Both the position numbers and the translations under genes were made by a program. Shown here piece after piece: positions 17,099 to 26,309 of a stretch of DNA of 35,068 nt; position 1 is the first letter of the stretch, and every line of letters starts with the position of its first letter. A model generated the notes under the pieces. It did not search any database and was not told where the DNA came from. It saw only the letters and a list, made by a program, of their open reading frames with translations. Source of the DNA: Rickettsiaceae bacterium (GTDB lineage: Bacteria; Pseudomonadota; Alphaproteobacteria; Rickettsiales; Rickettsiaceae); the NCBI GenBank assembly GCA_043766875.1, contig JAYUHP010000065.1:1-35068 (forward strand). Direction: 5' to 3'.

Positions 17099-17401
17099 AT
17101 GACATTAGCCGAATTAGCTCTAATTGTAGTTGTTGGCTTATTCGTACTAAAACCAGCTGATCTTGTCTTGATCGCAAAATCCTTTAAAAACTTCCTTTCT
17201 TACATTGGTAAGCTCAAAAATGAGCTGTTTAGCGCTTTGGATGAGAGCGAAACCCCAAAGGATCAGGAGCAAATTAACAACTATCTTGCAAAGATCATCC
17301 ATATCTCTGGTAAATATGAGGGGAAATATGATCTTCCCAGCATCAAAGCTTATTACCACAGGCTACTTCTGGAGCAGAATATAACAAAACATTCGGACTA
17401 G
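17099..17401 (+). CDS. Small membrane protein, TatB/TatA-like (tentative)
   Basis: 100-aa ORF starting 2 nt after the nfu stop. It has an N-terminal TM followed by an amphipathic helix (LALIVVVGLFVLKPADLVLIAKSFKNFLSYIGKLKNEL), like Tat components, but the usual Gly-Pro hinge is Lys-Pro. Confidence 0.4.
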   Translation: MTLAELALIVVVGLFVLKPADLVLIAKSFKNFLSYIGKLKNELFSALDESETPKDQEQINNYLAKIIHISGKYEGKYDLPSIKAYYHRLLLEQNITKHSD

Positions 17402-17423
17402 TTGCTGAATCAAAATAAATGTA

Positions 17424-17452
17424 TTGCTCGTTTGGATATATTTGGGTATAAT
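17424..17452 (+). promoter_or_regulatory. Candidate sigma70-type promoter for the fic gene
   Basis: TTGCTC (17424-17429), a 17-nt spacer, then consensus TATAAT (17447-17452), about 35 nt upstream of the GTG start. Confidence 0.45.
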
Positions 17453-17486
17453 AAGGTATGTTCGGATATAAATACGGGTATCACAA

Positions 17487-18536
17487 GTGCATGACATATC
17501 TAGGTTAATTATTACACAAGAGATTCTTTCCTTGATCGGAGAGCTGGATGAGTTCAAAGGTGCATGGCAACTTCTTGGAAGGCTTACTCCAGAAAGATTA
17601 CAGACTTTACGCAAGGTTGCAACAATTGAAAGTATTGGTTCATCAACTCGTATTGAGGGTTCAAAATTATCTGATCGTGAAGTAGAACTTTTGTTATCTA
17701 GCCTAGAAACTGAGTCTTTTATTTCAAGGGATGAGCAGGAAGTTGCAGGATATGCTTTGGTATGCGAAGAGGTATTCCAAAGCTTTCAAAATGTTGATTT
17801 GTCTGAAAATATTATTAAACAGCTTCATGGGTGGCTTTTAAAATATTCTGAGAAAGATCAAAAGCATAAGGGTGAGTATAAAAAATTACCCAACCATGTG
17901 GAAGCATTTGATGAATCAGGAAAAAGCATTGGTGTTATTTTTGAAACAGCTTCTGCCTTTGAAACTCCCTTGAAGATGCAGGAGCTTATTTTTTGGACTA
18001 GAGAACAGCTAGAAAAAAAATCTCTCCATCCTTTGGTTGTTATTGGAATATTTACAGTAGAATTTTTGGCAATTCATCCATTTCAGGATGGAAACGGAAG
18101 ATTATCTCGGATCTTGACAAGTTTGCTCCTTCTAAAGACAGGATATCTTTATGTGCCTTATAGCTCTCTGGAGAGTGTGATAGAGCTAAGTAAGGAAAGC
18201 TATTATCTGGCGCTTCGTAGAACACAAGGTAGCTTTAAGTCTAACTCGCCAGATTTTGCACCATGGCTGACATTTTTCCTAAGGAGCTTACAAAAACAAA
18301 AAATTCACCTTGAGCATAAGATTTCTATAGAAAAATCTCTCATGCTACATATACCAGAGCTTACAAGCCGTATTTTGAGCTTGATTCAAGAGCATGGCAG
18401 ACTTGGCATTGGTGATATTGAGACAATCACAAGCGCCAATCGTAATACTCTTAAAAAGCGACTTGCAGAAATGGTTAAGCAGGGTAGTATACTGCGCCTT
18501 GGACAGGGTAAGGCAAGTTGGTACACGTTGCCTTGA
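17487..18536 (+). CDS. fic: Fic family protein (class II, auto-inhibited AMPylase type) with a C-terminal winged-helix domain
   Basis: Canonical Fic motif HPFQDGNGRLSR. An N-terminal inhibitory motif STRIEG matches (S/T)xxxE(G/N). The C-terminus is wHTH-like (GIGDIETITSANRNTLKKRLAEMVKQGSILRLG). The start is GTG and has no strong SD. Confidence 0.85.
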   Translation: MHDISRLIITQEILSLIGELDEFKGAWQLLGRLTPERLQTLRKVATIESIGSSTRIEGSKLSDREVELLLSSLETESFISRDEQEVAGYALVCEEVFQSFQNVDLSENIIKQLHGWLLKYSEKDQKHKGEYKKLPNHVEAFDESGKSIGVIFETASAFETPLKMQELIFWTREQLEKKSLHPLVVIGIFTVEFLAIHPFQDGNGRLSRILTSLLLLKTGYLYVPYSSLESVIELSKESYYLALRRTQGSFKSNSPDFAPWLTFFLRSLQKQKIHLEHKISIEKSLMLHIPELTSRILSLIQEHGRLGIGDIETITSANRNTLKKRLAEMVKQGSILRLGQGKASWYTLP

Positions 18537-18558
18537 CAGAGCTCATCCCAGAAATATG

Positions 18559-18587
18559 TTGCTTTTATGTGATATTTTATGTAAAAA
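18559..18587 (+). promoter_or_regulatory. Candidate promoter for tRNA-Cys
   Basis: TTGCTT (18559-18564), a 17-nt spacer, then TAAAAA (18582-18587). The predicted start is a few nt before the mature tRNA 5' end. Confidence 0.35.
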
Positions 18588-18598
18588 TACCTCTCTTA

Positions 18599-18673
18599 GG
18601 CTAGGTAGCAAAGTGGTAATGCGGAGGACTGCAAATCCTTCATGCGTCGGTTCGATTCCGTCCCTGGCCTCCA
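18599..18673 (+). tRNA. tRNA-Cys (anticodon GCA), CCA encoded
   Basis: Hand-folded. Acceptor GGCTAGG/CCTGGCC (one G-U). Anticodon stem-loop GAGGA-CTGCAAA-TCCTT with GCA at 18631-18633. T loop TTCGATT (one U-U mismatch in the T stem). Discriminator T plus CCA. Confidence 0.85.
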
Positions 18674-18773
18674 CCATTTTTCGTTAGCGAGCGAAGCGAG
18701 CTTAAGAAAAATGAGTATCCGACGCAGCTTTAGCGAAGGCGGACGGGTGCCTCTATATGTAAGGCTTTACATT

Positions 18774-19670
18774 ATGTTATTCATAGAACAATTCCTAGAA
18801 ATGATGCTTGCTGAACGTGGAGTGGCGAAGAACTCTGTGATTAGCTATAGTCGTGATCTCAATGATTTTGTGGCCTATCTCAAACGGGCTGACGTAACTG
18901 CGGTGGCGCCTGATGATATCCGTGAATATATTCATTTCCTCTCTAAAAACAAAGTTGGGCCGCGTTCTATTGCCCGCAAAATCTCTGCCATAAGAAGCTT
19001 CTACGGCTTTCTTATCTCGGAATCTTTGGTGAAGGAAAATCCTGCTCAGCTGATCGATATGCCAAAATATTCGGTGCCCCTTCCATCAATGCTTTCCGTG
19101 GAGGAAATCAAGAGATTGCTGGAAGCCTGCGTAGGTGATTCCCACGAGAATATTCGGCTTAAAGCCATGGTGAGTCTGTTATACGCCAGCGGCCTTAGGG
19201 TATCAGAGCTTGTGAGTCTAAAGGTTACGGATATATCGGGGAATAATTATATCAGAGTTGTGGGCAAGGGAAACAAAGAGCGCGCAGTGATTATAACCGA
19301 CAAAGCGCTGCAGCATGTGAAGAAATACTTAGAGTGCAGAGATTTTTTCATAAAAAACCCGGCCAAAACCAACCTATATCTTTTTCCATCCTCTTCCTCG
19401 TCTGGCTATATGACAAGGCAGAACTTTGCGCTTTTGCTTAAGCAAGCTGCTATAAAAGCTGGGCTTGATCCAGAAAAACTATCTCCTCATGTGCTTAGGC
19501 ACAGCTTTGCGAGCCATTTACTGGCCGGAGGAGCAGACCTGCGAGTTATTCAGGAGCTTCTTGGTCATGCAGATATCAGCACAACCCAAATTTACACTCA
19601 TGTGCAGGTGGATAAACTCAAAGAGACACTGGATAATTTTCATCCAATGTCTCACCATTCCCGAAATTAG
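18774..19670 (+). CDS. xerD: Site-specific tyrosine recombinase XerD
   Basis: The N-terminus MLFIEQFLEMMLAERGVAKNSVISYSRDL is XerD-like. Catalytic residues sit in SGLRVSEL, HVLRHSFASHLL and LLGHADISTTQIYTHV. The ORF-track start at 18642 overlaps tRNA-Cys, so I use Met45 (ATG 18774). Confidence 0.85.
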   Translation: MLFIEQFLEMMLAERGVAKNSVISYSRDLNDFVAYLKRADVTAVAPDDIREYIHFLSKNKVGPRSIARKISAIRSFYGFLISESLVKENPAQLIDMPKYSVPLPSMLSVEEIKRLLEACVGDSHENIRLKAMVSLLYASGLRVSELVSLKVTDISGNNYIRVVGKGNKERAVIITDKALQHVKKYLECRDFFIKNPAKTNLYLFPSSSSSGYMTRQNFALLLKQAAIKAGLDPEKLSPHVLRHSFASHLLAGGADLRVIQELLGHADISTTQIYTHVQVDKLKETLDNFHPMSHHSRN

Positions 19671-19860
19671 CCGATCAAAAGCGATTTTGCGGATCTCATC
19701 TTTAGGTACGTATGAAGTATACGCTTAGGCAGATTCGTCCTTAAATCGCATTTGCTCAATTTAATTTGGGAAATGGATAATAAAGATGCTCCATAACAGT
19801 CTAGCTCTTGATTTTCTTCCTTCGTTAGCGTAGTCTGTTATAAGTTTTATAATTACAGAA

Positions 19861-21843
19861 ATGACGGATTTATTTACTATTGCTGCCAGCCCAAAGCAAA
19901 GCAGCAAGGAAAAGAGCTATACAGCTGAAGACATTGAGGTGCTAGAAGGGCTTGAACCGGTTCGCCGCAGGCCAGGAATGTATATTGGTGGAACGGATGA
20001 AAACGCCCTGCACCACCTTGTAGCAGAGACGCTGGATAATTCCATGGATGAAGCTGTTGCGGGATATGCTACTTTTATCAAGCTTCAGATGAACGAAGAT
20101 GGGAGCGTAACCGTAGAAGATAATGGTCGCGGCATTCCGGTCGATATGCATCCCAAATTTCCTGATAAATCCGCCCTAGAGGTAATATTTACCACCCTAC
20201 ACTCTGGCGGAAAATTCTCTGATAAATCATATTCCACGGCCGGTGGTCTCCATGGGGTGGGTATTTCCGTGGTAAATGCTCTTTCCAGCAGGTTAGTTGT
20301 TGAGGTATATCGCAATAAGATGCTATATAGGCAGGAATATAGCAGAGGTGCTCCTGTAACTCCGCTTACATCCAAGCCATGTACTCACAAAAGCGGAACC
20401 TGTATTACGTTTCACCATGATGAAGAAATTTTTGGCCCTTCCTTAAGTTTTTCTGCAAGAAAATTATATAATATGGCTAGGTCAAAGGCCTATCTATACA
20501 AAGGAGTAGAGATTCATTGGTCCTGTCCGGAGCTACTACGCACTGACAATGTGCCTGCTAGCGATATATTACATTTCCCTAAAGGAGTAGAAGATTACTT
20601 AAGATCTGAGCTTGTAGGCATCGGTACTGTAACGGATGGTATATTCTCAGGAGAGGCCAAATTTGAAGGTAAAATAGGCAGGGTAGAATGGGCCATGGCC
20701 TGGACACAAGATGATGGATTTATCAATTCTTACTGCAATACAATTCCCACTCCTTCAGGGGGTACTCATGAGCAGGGTATGCGTGCAGCTCTTTTAAAAT
20801 CTGTGCGTAATTATGGTGAGATTTTAGGTAATAAAAAAGTTTCCAGCATAGTTATTGAGGATATTATTGAAGGCGCGCGTATAATAATTTCAATTTTTAT
20901 ACATGATCCGATATTTCAGGGGCAAACTAAGGAAAAGTTAGTATCTCAATCTGCTGTTAGGTTAGTTGAAAATAATATTAAGGATCGTTTTGATCATTGG
21001 CTAAGTGGTAACAAAGCTGAAGCCGATAAACTCATTGAACATTTCTTGATGATAGCTGAAGAGCGGTTAAATAGAAGGTCCGAAAAAGCTGTAAATCGTA
21101 AGAATGTGATGCAAAAGCTCCGTCTCCCAGGCAAATTGGCGGATTGTACGCTGAATAGCCAAATTGGGACCGAGATATTCATAGTGGAAGGAGATTCCGC
21201 TGGAGGTTCAGCAAAACAGGCTAGGAACAGGGAAAATCAGGCCATATTACCTCTGCGTGGGAAGATCTTAAATGTTGCTAGTGCAACGAATGATAAAATA
21301 ATACAAAATCAGGAGATTCAGGATCTTGAAATAGCTCTTGCTTGTGGTACTGGCAGCAATTATAAGAAAGATAATTTGCGATATGAGAAAGTGATTATTA
21401 TGACGGATGCGGACGTAGATGGAGCTCACATTGCCTCGCTGCTTATGACATTTTTTTACCTTCGTATGCCACAGCTTATTAAAGACGGGCATTTGTATAT
21501 TGCAAGACCGCCTCTATATAAATTGACACAGGGAACTCAGACTTATTATGCTACTGATGACAAAGATAAGGAAAAGATTACAGCTGAGCTGCTTAAGAAG
21601 AGCAAGGTCAAAATAGAGGTAGGTAGGTTTAAAGGATTGGGTGAAATGAACTCAGCCCAGCTCAAACAAACCACTATGGATATTAAAAACCGTACGCTGG
21701 TGAAGGTAGTAGTGGATGACTTAGAAAATGCTGCTAGAATGGTCGATGATTTAATGGGGAAAAAACCAGAAAAAAGATTCCAGTTTATCTACGAACAGGC
21801 CCTAACTAAGATGGATCAGATAATTAATAATTTAGATGTTTAA
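19861..21843 (+). CDS. parE: DNA topoisomerase IV subunit B
   Basis: 660-aa GHKL/Toprim type IIA subunit B with LEGLEPVRRRPGMYIGG, EVEDNGRGIPV, the Toprim motif IVEGDSAGGSAKQAR and MTDADVDGAHI. Its length and the lack of the proteobacterial GyrB insertion favour ParE over GyrB. Confidence 0.8.
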   Translation: MTDLFTIAASPKQSSKEKSYTAEDIEVLEGLEPVRRRPGMYIGGTDENALHHLVAETLDNSMDEAVAGYATFIKLQMNEDGSVTVEDNGRGIPVDMHPKFPDKSALEVIFTTLHSGGKFSDKSYSTAGGLHGVGISVVNALSSRLVVEVYRNKMLYRQEYSRGAPVTPLTSKPCTHKSGTCITFHHDEEIFGPSLSFSARKLYNMARSKAYLYKGVEIHWSCPELLRTDNVPASDILHFPKGVEDYLRSELVGIGTVTDGIFSGEAKFEGKIGRVEWAMAWTQDDGFINSYCNTIPTPSGGTHEQGMRAALLKSVRNYGEILGNKKVSSIVIEDIIEGARIIISIFIHDPIFQGQTKEKLVSQSAVRLVENNIKDRFDHWLSGNKAEADKLIEHFLMIAEERLNRRSEKAVNRKNVMQKLRLPGKLADCTLNSQIGTEIFIVEGDSAGGSAKQARNRENQAILPLRGKILNVASATNDKIIQNQEIQDLEIALACGTGSNYKKDNLRYEKVIIMTDADVDGAHIASLLMTFFYLRMPQLIKDGHLYIARPPLYKLTQGTQTYYATDDKDKEKITAELLKKSKVKIEVGRFKGLGEMNSAQLKQTTMDIKNRTLVKVVVDDLENAARMVDDLMGKKPEKRFQFIYEQALTKMDQIINNLDV

Positions 21844-23164
21844 ATATATGAAGCAATTATTACTCATTTTATCATTTATTCTCTTCATTCCTATGGTAAA
21901 TGCGGAAAAGGGAAATAACAGTCCGGAATATAAGAAATTCCAGGAAATCTTCGAGAAAACTCAGCAGGATTATGTGGAAGATCCAGATAAGCAAAAGATG
22001 CTTGATGCAGCAATCACTGGCATGGTTTCTTCTCTTGATCCATATTCTACTTACCTGAAAGATGATGAGCTGAAGGATTTCGTGGAATGGGCTAAGGGCG
22101 AATTTGGTGGCATAGGTGTAGAAATACTTCCTGAGCCAAATGCAATTAAAATTATTTCTCCCATAGATGATTTGGCTGCAGACCGCGCTGGGATTAAAGC
22201 AGGGGATTATATTATAGCTGTCAATGGAAAAGCCATTGCTAAAACCGGTTTTCACAAAGCTATAAAGAGTCTGCGAGGTGAGCCTGGAACAAAAGTTAAG
22301 GTTACTATAGTACGTGAAGGCGAAAATAAGGTGCGGGAATTTGAACTTACTCGTGAGATTGTTAAGCTTAAGGCTGTGAAATCCAAAAGAGATGGGGATA
22401 TAGCATATTTACGCATAGTGACATTTAATGAGACTGTGATTACAGAGCTAAAGAAGGCAATGAAATCCGTAATAGAACATTCTAAAGCTCCTATTAAGGG
22501 TATTATTCTTGATGTGCGCAATAATCCTGGAGGTCTCTTAGATCAAGCCGTGGCTGTGAGTGAATACTTCTTGGATTCTGGCCAGATAGTTAGCACCAAG
22601 GGAAGAACTGAAGCGAGTATCACTAACCATTCTGCTAGCAAATTCGTTGCGAAAGCACCTAAAGTGCCTGTGGTTGTTCTAATAAATGCTGGCTCTGCCT
22701 CTGCGTCTGAGATAGTAGCAGGTGCTTTGAAGGATCATAGGCGTGCTGTAATAATGGGTACTAAGTCCTTCGGTAAAGGTTCTGTGCAGCAATTTATGCC
22801 TCTAAGCCATAATTCGGCGCTCTATCTTACAATAGCCAAATATTATACTCCAAGTGGCGAATGTATTAATGGTACGGGAATTATTCCGGACATAATAGTT
22901 GAGCAAGCGAAGATTGATTATCCTCAAGATGATGAGTCAAATAAAAAACTGCCAGAAGTAATACTTAAAAATTACTTGAAGGACAGTGAAAAGACAACAG
23001 AAGACGATACAGAGTCAGAACAAGATGATTCTAAAGCAGAAGACAAAGAAGAGAAAAAATCTGCAAAGCTTCAAATGTCCGACATGTATAAAAACGATTA
23101 TCAATATTCTAGGGCCTATGATTTGATTCATGGTCTCAGTATTGGTATAGCAGATAAAAAGTAA
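21836..23164 (+). CDS. ctpA: Carboxy-terminal processing protease (S41) with a PDZ domain
   Basis: Signal peptide, FGGIGVEI, PDZ (AGIKAGDYIIAVNG), RNNPGGLL, GSASASEIVAGAL (Ser) and FGKGSVQ (Lys). An alternative start at 21848 (MKQLLLILSF) is equally plausible. Confidence 0.85.
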   Translation: MFKYMKQLLLILSFILFIPMVNAEKGNNSPEYKKFQEIFEKTQQDYVEDPDKQKMLDAAITGMVSSLDPYSTYLKDDELKDFVEWAKGEFGGIGVEILPEPNAIKIISPIDDLAADRAGIKAGDYIIAVNGKAIAKTGFHKAIKSLRGEPGTKVKVTIVREGENKVREFELTREIVKLKAVKSKRDGDIAYLRIVTFNETVITELKKAMKSVIEHSKAPIKGIILDVRNNPGGLLDQAVAVSEYFLDSGQIVSTKGRTEASITNHSASKFVAKAPKVPVVVLINAGSASASEIVAGALKDHRRAVIMGTKSFGKGSVQQFMPLSHNSALYLTIAKYYTPSGECINGTGIIPDIIVEQAKIDYPQDDESNKKLPEVILKNYLKDSEKTTEDDTESEQDDSKAEDKEEKKSAKLQMSDMYKNDYQYSRAYDLIHGLSIGIADKK

Positions 23165-23168
23165 AAAT

Positions 23169-24134
23169 ATGTTGAATGATCGCATTGTAAGACAGAAAAT
23201 CAAAAAGGCACTGTTCATTGTTAGCATAGTGTTGTCGTCGATTCTTGCTGCGCTTTTGCTATATGGTGTGGTGTTTGTAATGCCAAAGAATATTGCCAAT
23301 GCTGTTAAGTTAGGGCAATATTACGAGTTTGACTCAGACCACCTTCCATCAGGAAACCATGCCGTTGTAAAGCATGGTGGAGTTGGCGTAACAGACGAAG
23401 TATCTTTGGAAGAAGATAAGCCAGATGCTAGTGTAGCAGTTGCTAAAAATAATAAGCCAAAAATTGCAATTTTGCTGACGAATTTAGGATTAAATAAGAT
23501 CTCTACAGAGCTGGCGTTGTCCCTTCCTAAAGAAATAGCGCTCGGGTTTCTTCCTTATACAACTACCCTTAAACCTCTCATGCAAAAAGCTCATGAACTA
23601 GAACATGAGATATACATATATTTACCTTTTGAAACAAAAAGATACCCTATGGAATCGCCCGGTCATATGCCAATATTGCTGAGTCTAGGAAATGAGGAAA
23701 ATACGGCTAGGCTTAGTTCCCTGCTCAAGCCATTTGAAGGTTATAAGGGGGTATATGGCAGCTATAAAGAGATATTTACAGCAGACACATCGAAGTTAGC
23801 TTCAGTAATTGATGAGCTGAGGAAGAGGAATCTGAAGCTATTTGTGGGACGTGTTAATAGTGATCCTATTTTGGAAGGCGAAAATGGCATGTCTGTGGTA
23901 TCTGCAAATATTGTTCTGGATACTGAGCCCAACGTGGCTTCCATCAAGAATAATTTGGATAAGCTTATTGAGTTGGCGCAGTCTAACAAATATGCGGTTG
24001 CCTATGCTCAAGGATATCCCGTGACTATTTACACGTTAAAAGCATGGCTTCCAACCTTGGAGGAAAAAGGCATAGAACTTGTGTCAGTTTCTTATATGAT
24101 GGAGGAGGCAAACAATAATGTCAAAACTCCCTGA
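23169..24134 (+). CDS. Divergent polysaccharide deacetylase family protein (YibQ-like)
   Basis: 321-aa ORF with an N-terminal TM, then [14 protein letters not shown]...GFLPYT...IYIYLPFE, typical of the YibQ/DUF610 family. The ctpA-yibQ-rppH order is common in alphaproteobacteria (from memory). Confidence 0.75.
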   Translation: MLNDRIVRQKIKKALFIVSIVLSSILAALLLYGVVFVMPKNIANAVKLGQYYEFDSDHLPSGNHAVVKHGGVGVTDEVSLEEDKPDASVAVAKNNKPKIAILLTNLGLNKISTELALSLPKEIALGFLPYTTTLKPLMQKAHELEHEIYIYLPFETKRYPMESPGHMPILLSLGNEENTARLSSLLKPFEGYKGVYGSYKEIFTADTSKLASVIDELRKRNLKLFVGRVNSDPILEGENGMSVVSANIVLDTEPNVASIKNNLDKLIELAQSNKYAVAYAQGYPVTIYTLKAWLPTLEEKGIELVSVSYMMEEANNNVKTP

Positions 24135-24639
24135 ATATACAAGTTCAATAGATCTTCCATATAGACATGGTGTTGGTATGATGATTATCAATCATGAAGA
24201 AAAGATTTTTTTAGGTAAAAGAGTAGAGAGTAAGTTTGAAGCATGGCAAATGCCTCAGGGTGGTATATTGCTCGGTGAGACTCCAAGCAGAGCGGTAATA
24301 CGTGAGATGGAAGAAGAGCTTGGGAGCAGCTCTGGTGAGATTTTAGCTGAGACTAAGAAATGGTACAGCTATAACATTCCAGAGTTTTTGATCAACAAAC
24401 TATGGGATGGGCAATATAAGGGGCAAAAGCAAAAATGGTTCCTCATAAGATTTACCGGCACAGACAGCGATATCAATGTTAATACTGATAATCCTGAGTT
24501 TAGAGAATGGTGCTGGGCAAGCCCTACAGATATGCTGGACATAATAGTTCCATTCAAAAAACGTCTATATAAGACAATTCTCAAAGAATTTTTGCCTATT
24601 ATAGAGGGTTCCAAGAAACTTAGTATTATTTCCGCCTAA
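24118..24639 (+). CDS. rppH: RNA pyrophosphohydrolase (Nudix)
   Basis: Nudix box [22 protein letters not shown] and an RppH-like N-terminus [11 protein letters not shown]. It overlaps the yibQ-like stop by 17 nt. Confidence 0.85.
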   Translation: MSKLPEYTSSIDLPYRHGVGMMIINHEEKIFLGKRVESKFEAWQMPQGGILLGETPSRAVIREMEEELGSSSGEILAETKKWYSYNIPEFLINKLWDGQYKGQKQKWFLIRFTGTDSDINVNTDNPEFREWCWASPTDMLDIIVPFKKRLYKTILKEFLPIIEGSKKLSIISA

Positions 24640-25417
24640 TCAATTCTATCAATTTTTCTTTCGCAAGAGCTTTGGCGCGTAGGCTTGCATAAGTGTCTTG
24701 CTTATGATCATCTTCAATATAATTCACAAAAACAATGGTATGATTACCTTTTTGTATCCATCCAATAAACCAGCCAATTTGGAGATCTAACTTCTCTGTT
24801 CTGTCATGGTTAAGTACATAACCCATTCCTGTTTTTCCATAAAGCTCCCAATCATCCACTAGATCATCAACAAAAAGGATATTTTTTGTCATTTCCTGAG
24901 ATTTTAGGCTTATTGGTAATTTATTATCAATAAGTTTTTGTAAAAAGACGGACTGTTCTTCGGGGGAAATCTCCAGAGAACTGGATAGCCATGAGCGTGT
25001 TAATCCGTTGTCTTTACCTTTATCTCCCGAAACATCTCGATTCCCGTAATCAAATTTTGAGACATATTCTTGGAATTTAGCCATTCCAAGTTTTTGCGTT
25101 AAAACTTGTGAGTACCAAACGCAACTATTCTGGATCCAAAGGCGGGGATTATGAGGCTGTTTCCATTTATCAAGCCAGTCATTGTAACCTTCCTTAAATG
25201 GTAGTTCAGGGTGAGTTTCGTCTAAGAGCAGCCCATCGTCATATCCCATCAAACTGATTGCAATTTTGAACGTTGAACAAGGTGCATGACGTGATTTACA
25301 ATCCCCCTCTTGTTTGATAATTTTGCTATTTTCTTTTGCCAAAAAGCAGTTGGCACCCGCAAGTGTTGGTGCGCTGATTAATAGTCCAAGACCTAAAAAT
25401 AAAACTATTTTTCTCAT
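24626..25417 (-). CDS. Class D (OXA-type) beta-lactamase
   Basis: Signal peptide [22 protein letters not shown]. Motifs appear in the correct order: STFK (CSTFKIA), SxV (SCV), YGN (FDYGNRD), KTG (YGKTGMG) and GWFIGW. Confidence 0.85.
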   Translation of the reverse strand: MRKIVLFLGLGLLISAPTLAGANCFLAKENSKIIKQEGDCKSRHAPCSTFKIAISLMGYDDGLLLDETHPELPFKEGYNDWLDKWKQPHNPRLWIQNSCVWYSQVLTQKLGMAKFQEYVSKFDYGNRDVSGDKGKDNGLTRSWLSSSLEISPEEQSVFLQKLIDNKLPISLKSQEMTKNILFVDDLVDDWELYGKTGMGYVLNHDRTEKLDLQIGWFIGWIQKGNHTIVFVNYIEDDHKQDTYASLRAKALAKEKLIELIRRK

Positions 25418-25457
25418 ATTTTTCTGCTCACTTCATCAATAACATGCCAGGATTTCT

Positions 25458-26048
25458 CTATTCAATAGCAGGATCCAGTGGCAATACGGCACCAGTTTCT
25501 AGTACCGTATCATCTGAAGGGTGATCGGCTGATGCGTTAAGAGCTTCAATAACCTCTATAGCACGAGTTCCACAAGCTAATTGAGAAGGGGTAAAACCTG
25601 CATGACCCTTTGTTTCGAGTAATTCTGGGTTTTTTGCGTATATTGCTTCGGCCACTGCAACATTCCCATGCCTTACAGCATAATGCAAGGCCGTATCGTA
25701 TTCAGTAGACATATTAGAGCAAATCGTCGAGATTTCTTCAATTGCAGGATCAGCTCCTCTGTCTAACAAGAATAAAGCTATATCTGTATTACCTTCTGAA
25801 ATAGCAATTGTTAGAGCCGTCATACCTAAATAGTCCTGTACATCGATTGAAGCCCCTGCATCTAGCAATACTTCCACTGATTGCTTAGAACCATATTTAG
25901 CGGCATAATGCAATCTACTCTCATTACCATCAAGAAGTTTGTCAATCTCACCTTTGTTCAAATATAGATATTCCACAGAAGCTTTAAGTTTAGCTGGATT
26001 CTGCACTAGTTTCATATATAAGCTTGCAGTTTTTGAATGTGTAATCAT
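25458..26048 (-). CDS. Ankyrin repeat protein (196 aa)
   Basis: At least 3-4 ANK repeats (LHYAAKYGSKQSVEVLLDAGASIDVQD, TALTIAISEGNTDIALFLLDRGADP, TALHYAVRHGNVAVAEAI). Strong RBS (GAGAGGAAA). It ends 40 nt upstream of the beta-lactamase start on the same strand. Confidence 0.85.
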   Translation of the reverse strand: MITHSKTASLYMKLVQNPAKLKASVEYLYLNKGEIDKLLDGNESRLHYAAKYGSKQSVEVLLDAGASIDVQDYLGMTALTIAISEGNTDIALFLLDRGADPAIEEISTICSNMSTEYDTALHYAVRHGNVAVAEAIYAKNPELLETKGHAGFTPSQLACGTRAIEVIEALNASADHPSDDTVLETGAVLPLDPAIE

Positions 26049-26309
26049 TTTTATTTCCTCTCTTCAGATTTAGGTGGATGAGTAGTAAGTTTAACTTATC
26101 TTAACAATATTTTCAAATCATATTTGATTTAATAATGTCTATATTTACCTAACAATGCCAGCATTTTGCATTATCAGGGATATTTCTTATTCATAGTCAA
26201 TGTAATAAAGTTTTAACCCAAGACATTGCTGTAAGTTGCACACAAAGATAGCTCTATTAAAAGACTTCAGATTAACAACTCTCTTGCATTTCTAATGTTA
26301 TCTATCTTA

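Noticed and set aside
18642-18773. Upstream extension of xerD proposed by the ORF track (start at 18642).
   Set aside because: That start lies inside tRNA-Cys. The XerD-like N-terminus (MLFIEQFLEMM...) begins at the ATG at 18774.
18599-19745. tRNA-Cys followed by a tyrosine recombinase, which could be a tRNA-targeted integrative element. There is a weak echo of the tRNA 3' end (GATTCGTCCT at ~19732) downstream of the recombinase.
   Set aside because: The recombinase has the length and motifs of chromosomal XerD, not a P4-type integrase. The echo is only about 10 nt and needs gaps. Nothing but xerD lies between the putative ends, and the flanking genes are housekeeping.
18680-19850. 10-mer TTCGTTAGCG present on both sides of xerD (18680-18689 and 19841-19850).
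   Set aside because: Hundreds of repeated 10-mer pairs are expected by chance in 35 kb, and there is no extended similarity around them.
19671-19860. 190-bp xerD-parE spacer inspected for a dif site, a small RNA or a terminator.
   Set aside because: There is no 28-bp dif-like XerC/XerD half-site pair and no GC-rich hairpin with a T-tract. There is only a possible TATAAT at 19849-19854, close to the parE ATG, which is too speculative to call.
19861-21843. Alternative call of this type IIA topoisomerase B subunit as GyrB.
   Set aside because: At 660 aa it lacks the ~170-aa insertion typical of proteobacterial GyrB, and the N-terminal region resembles alphaproteobacterial ParE. I kept parE, but a phylogeny would settle it.
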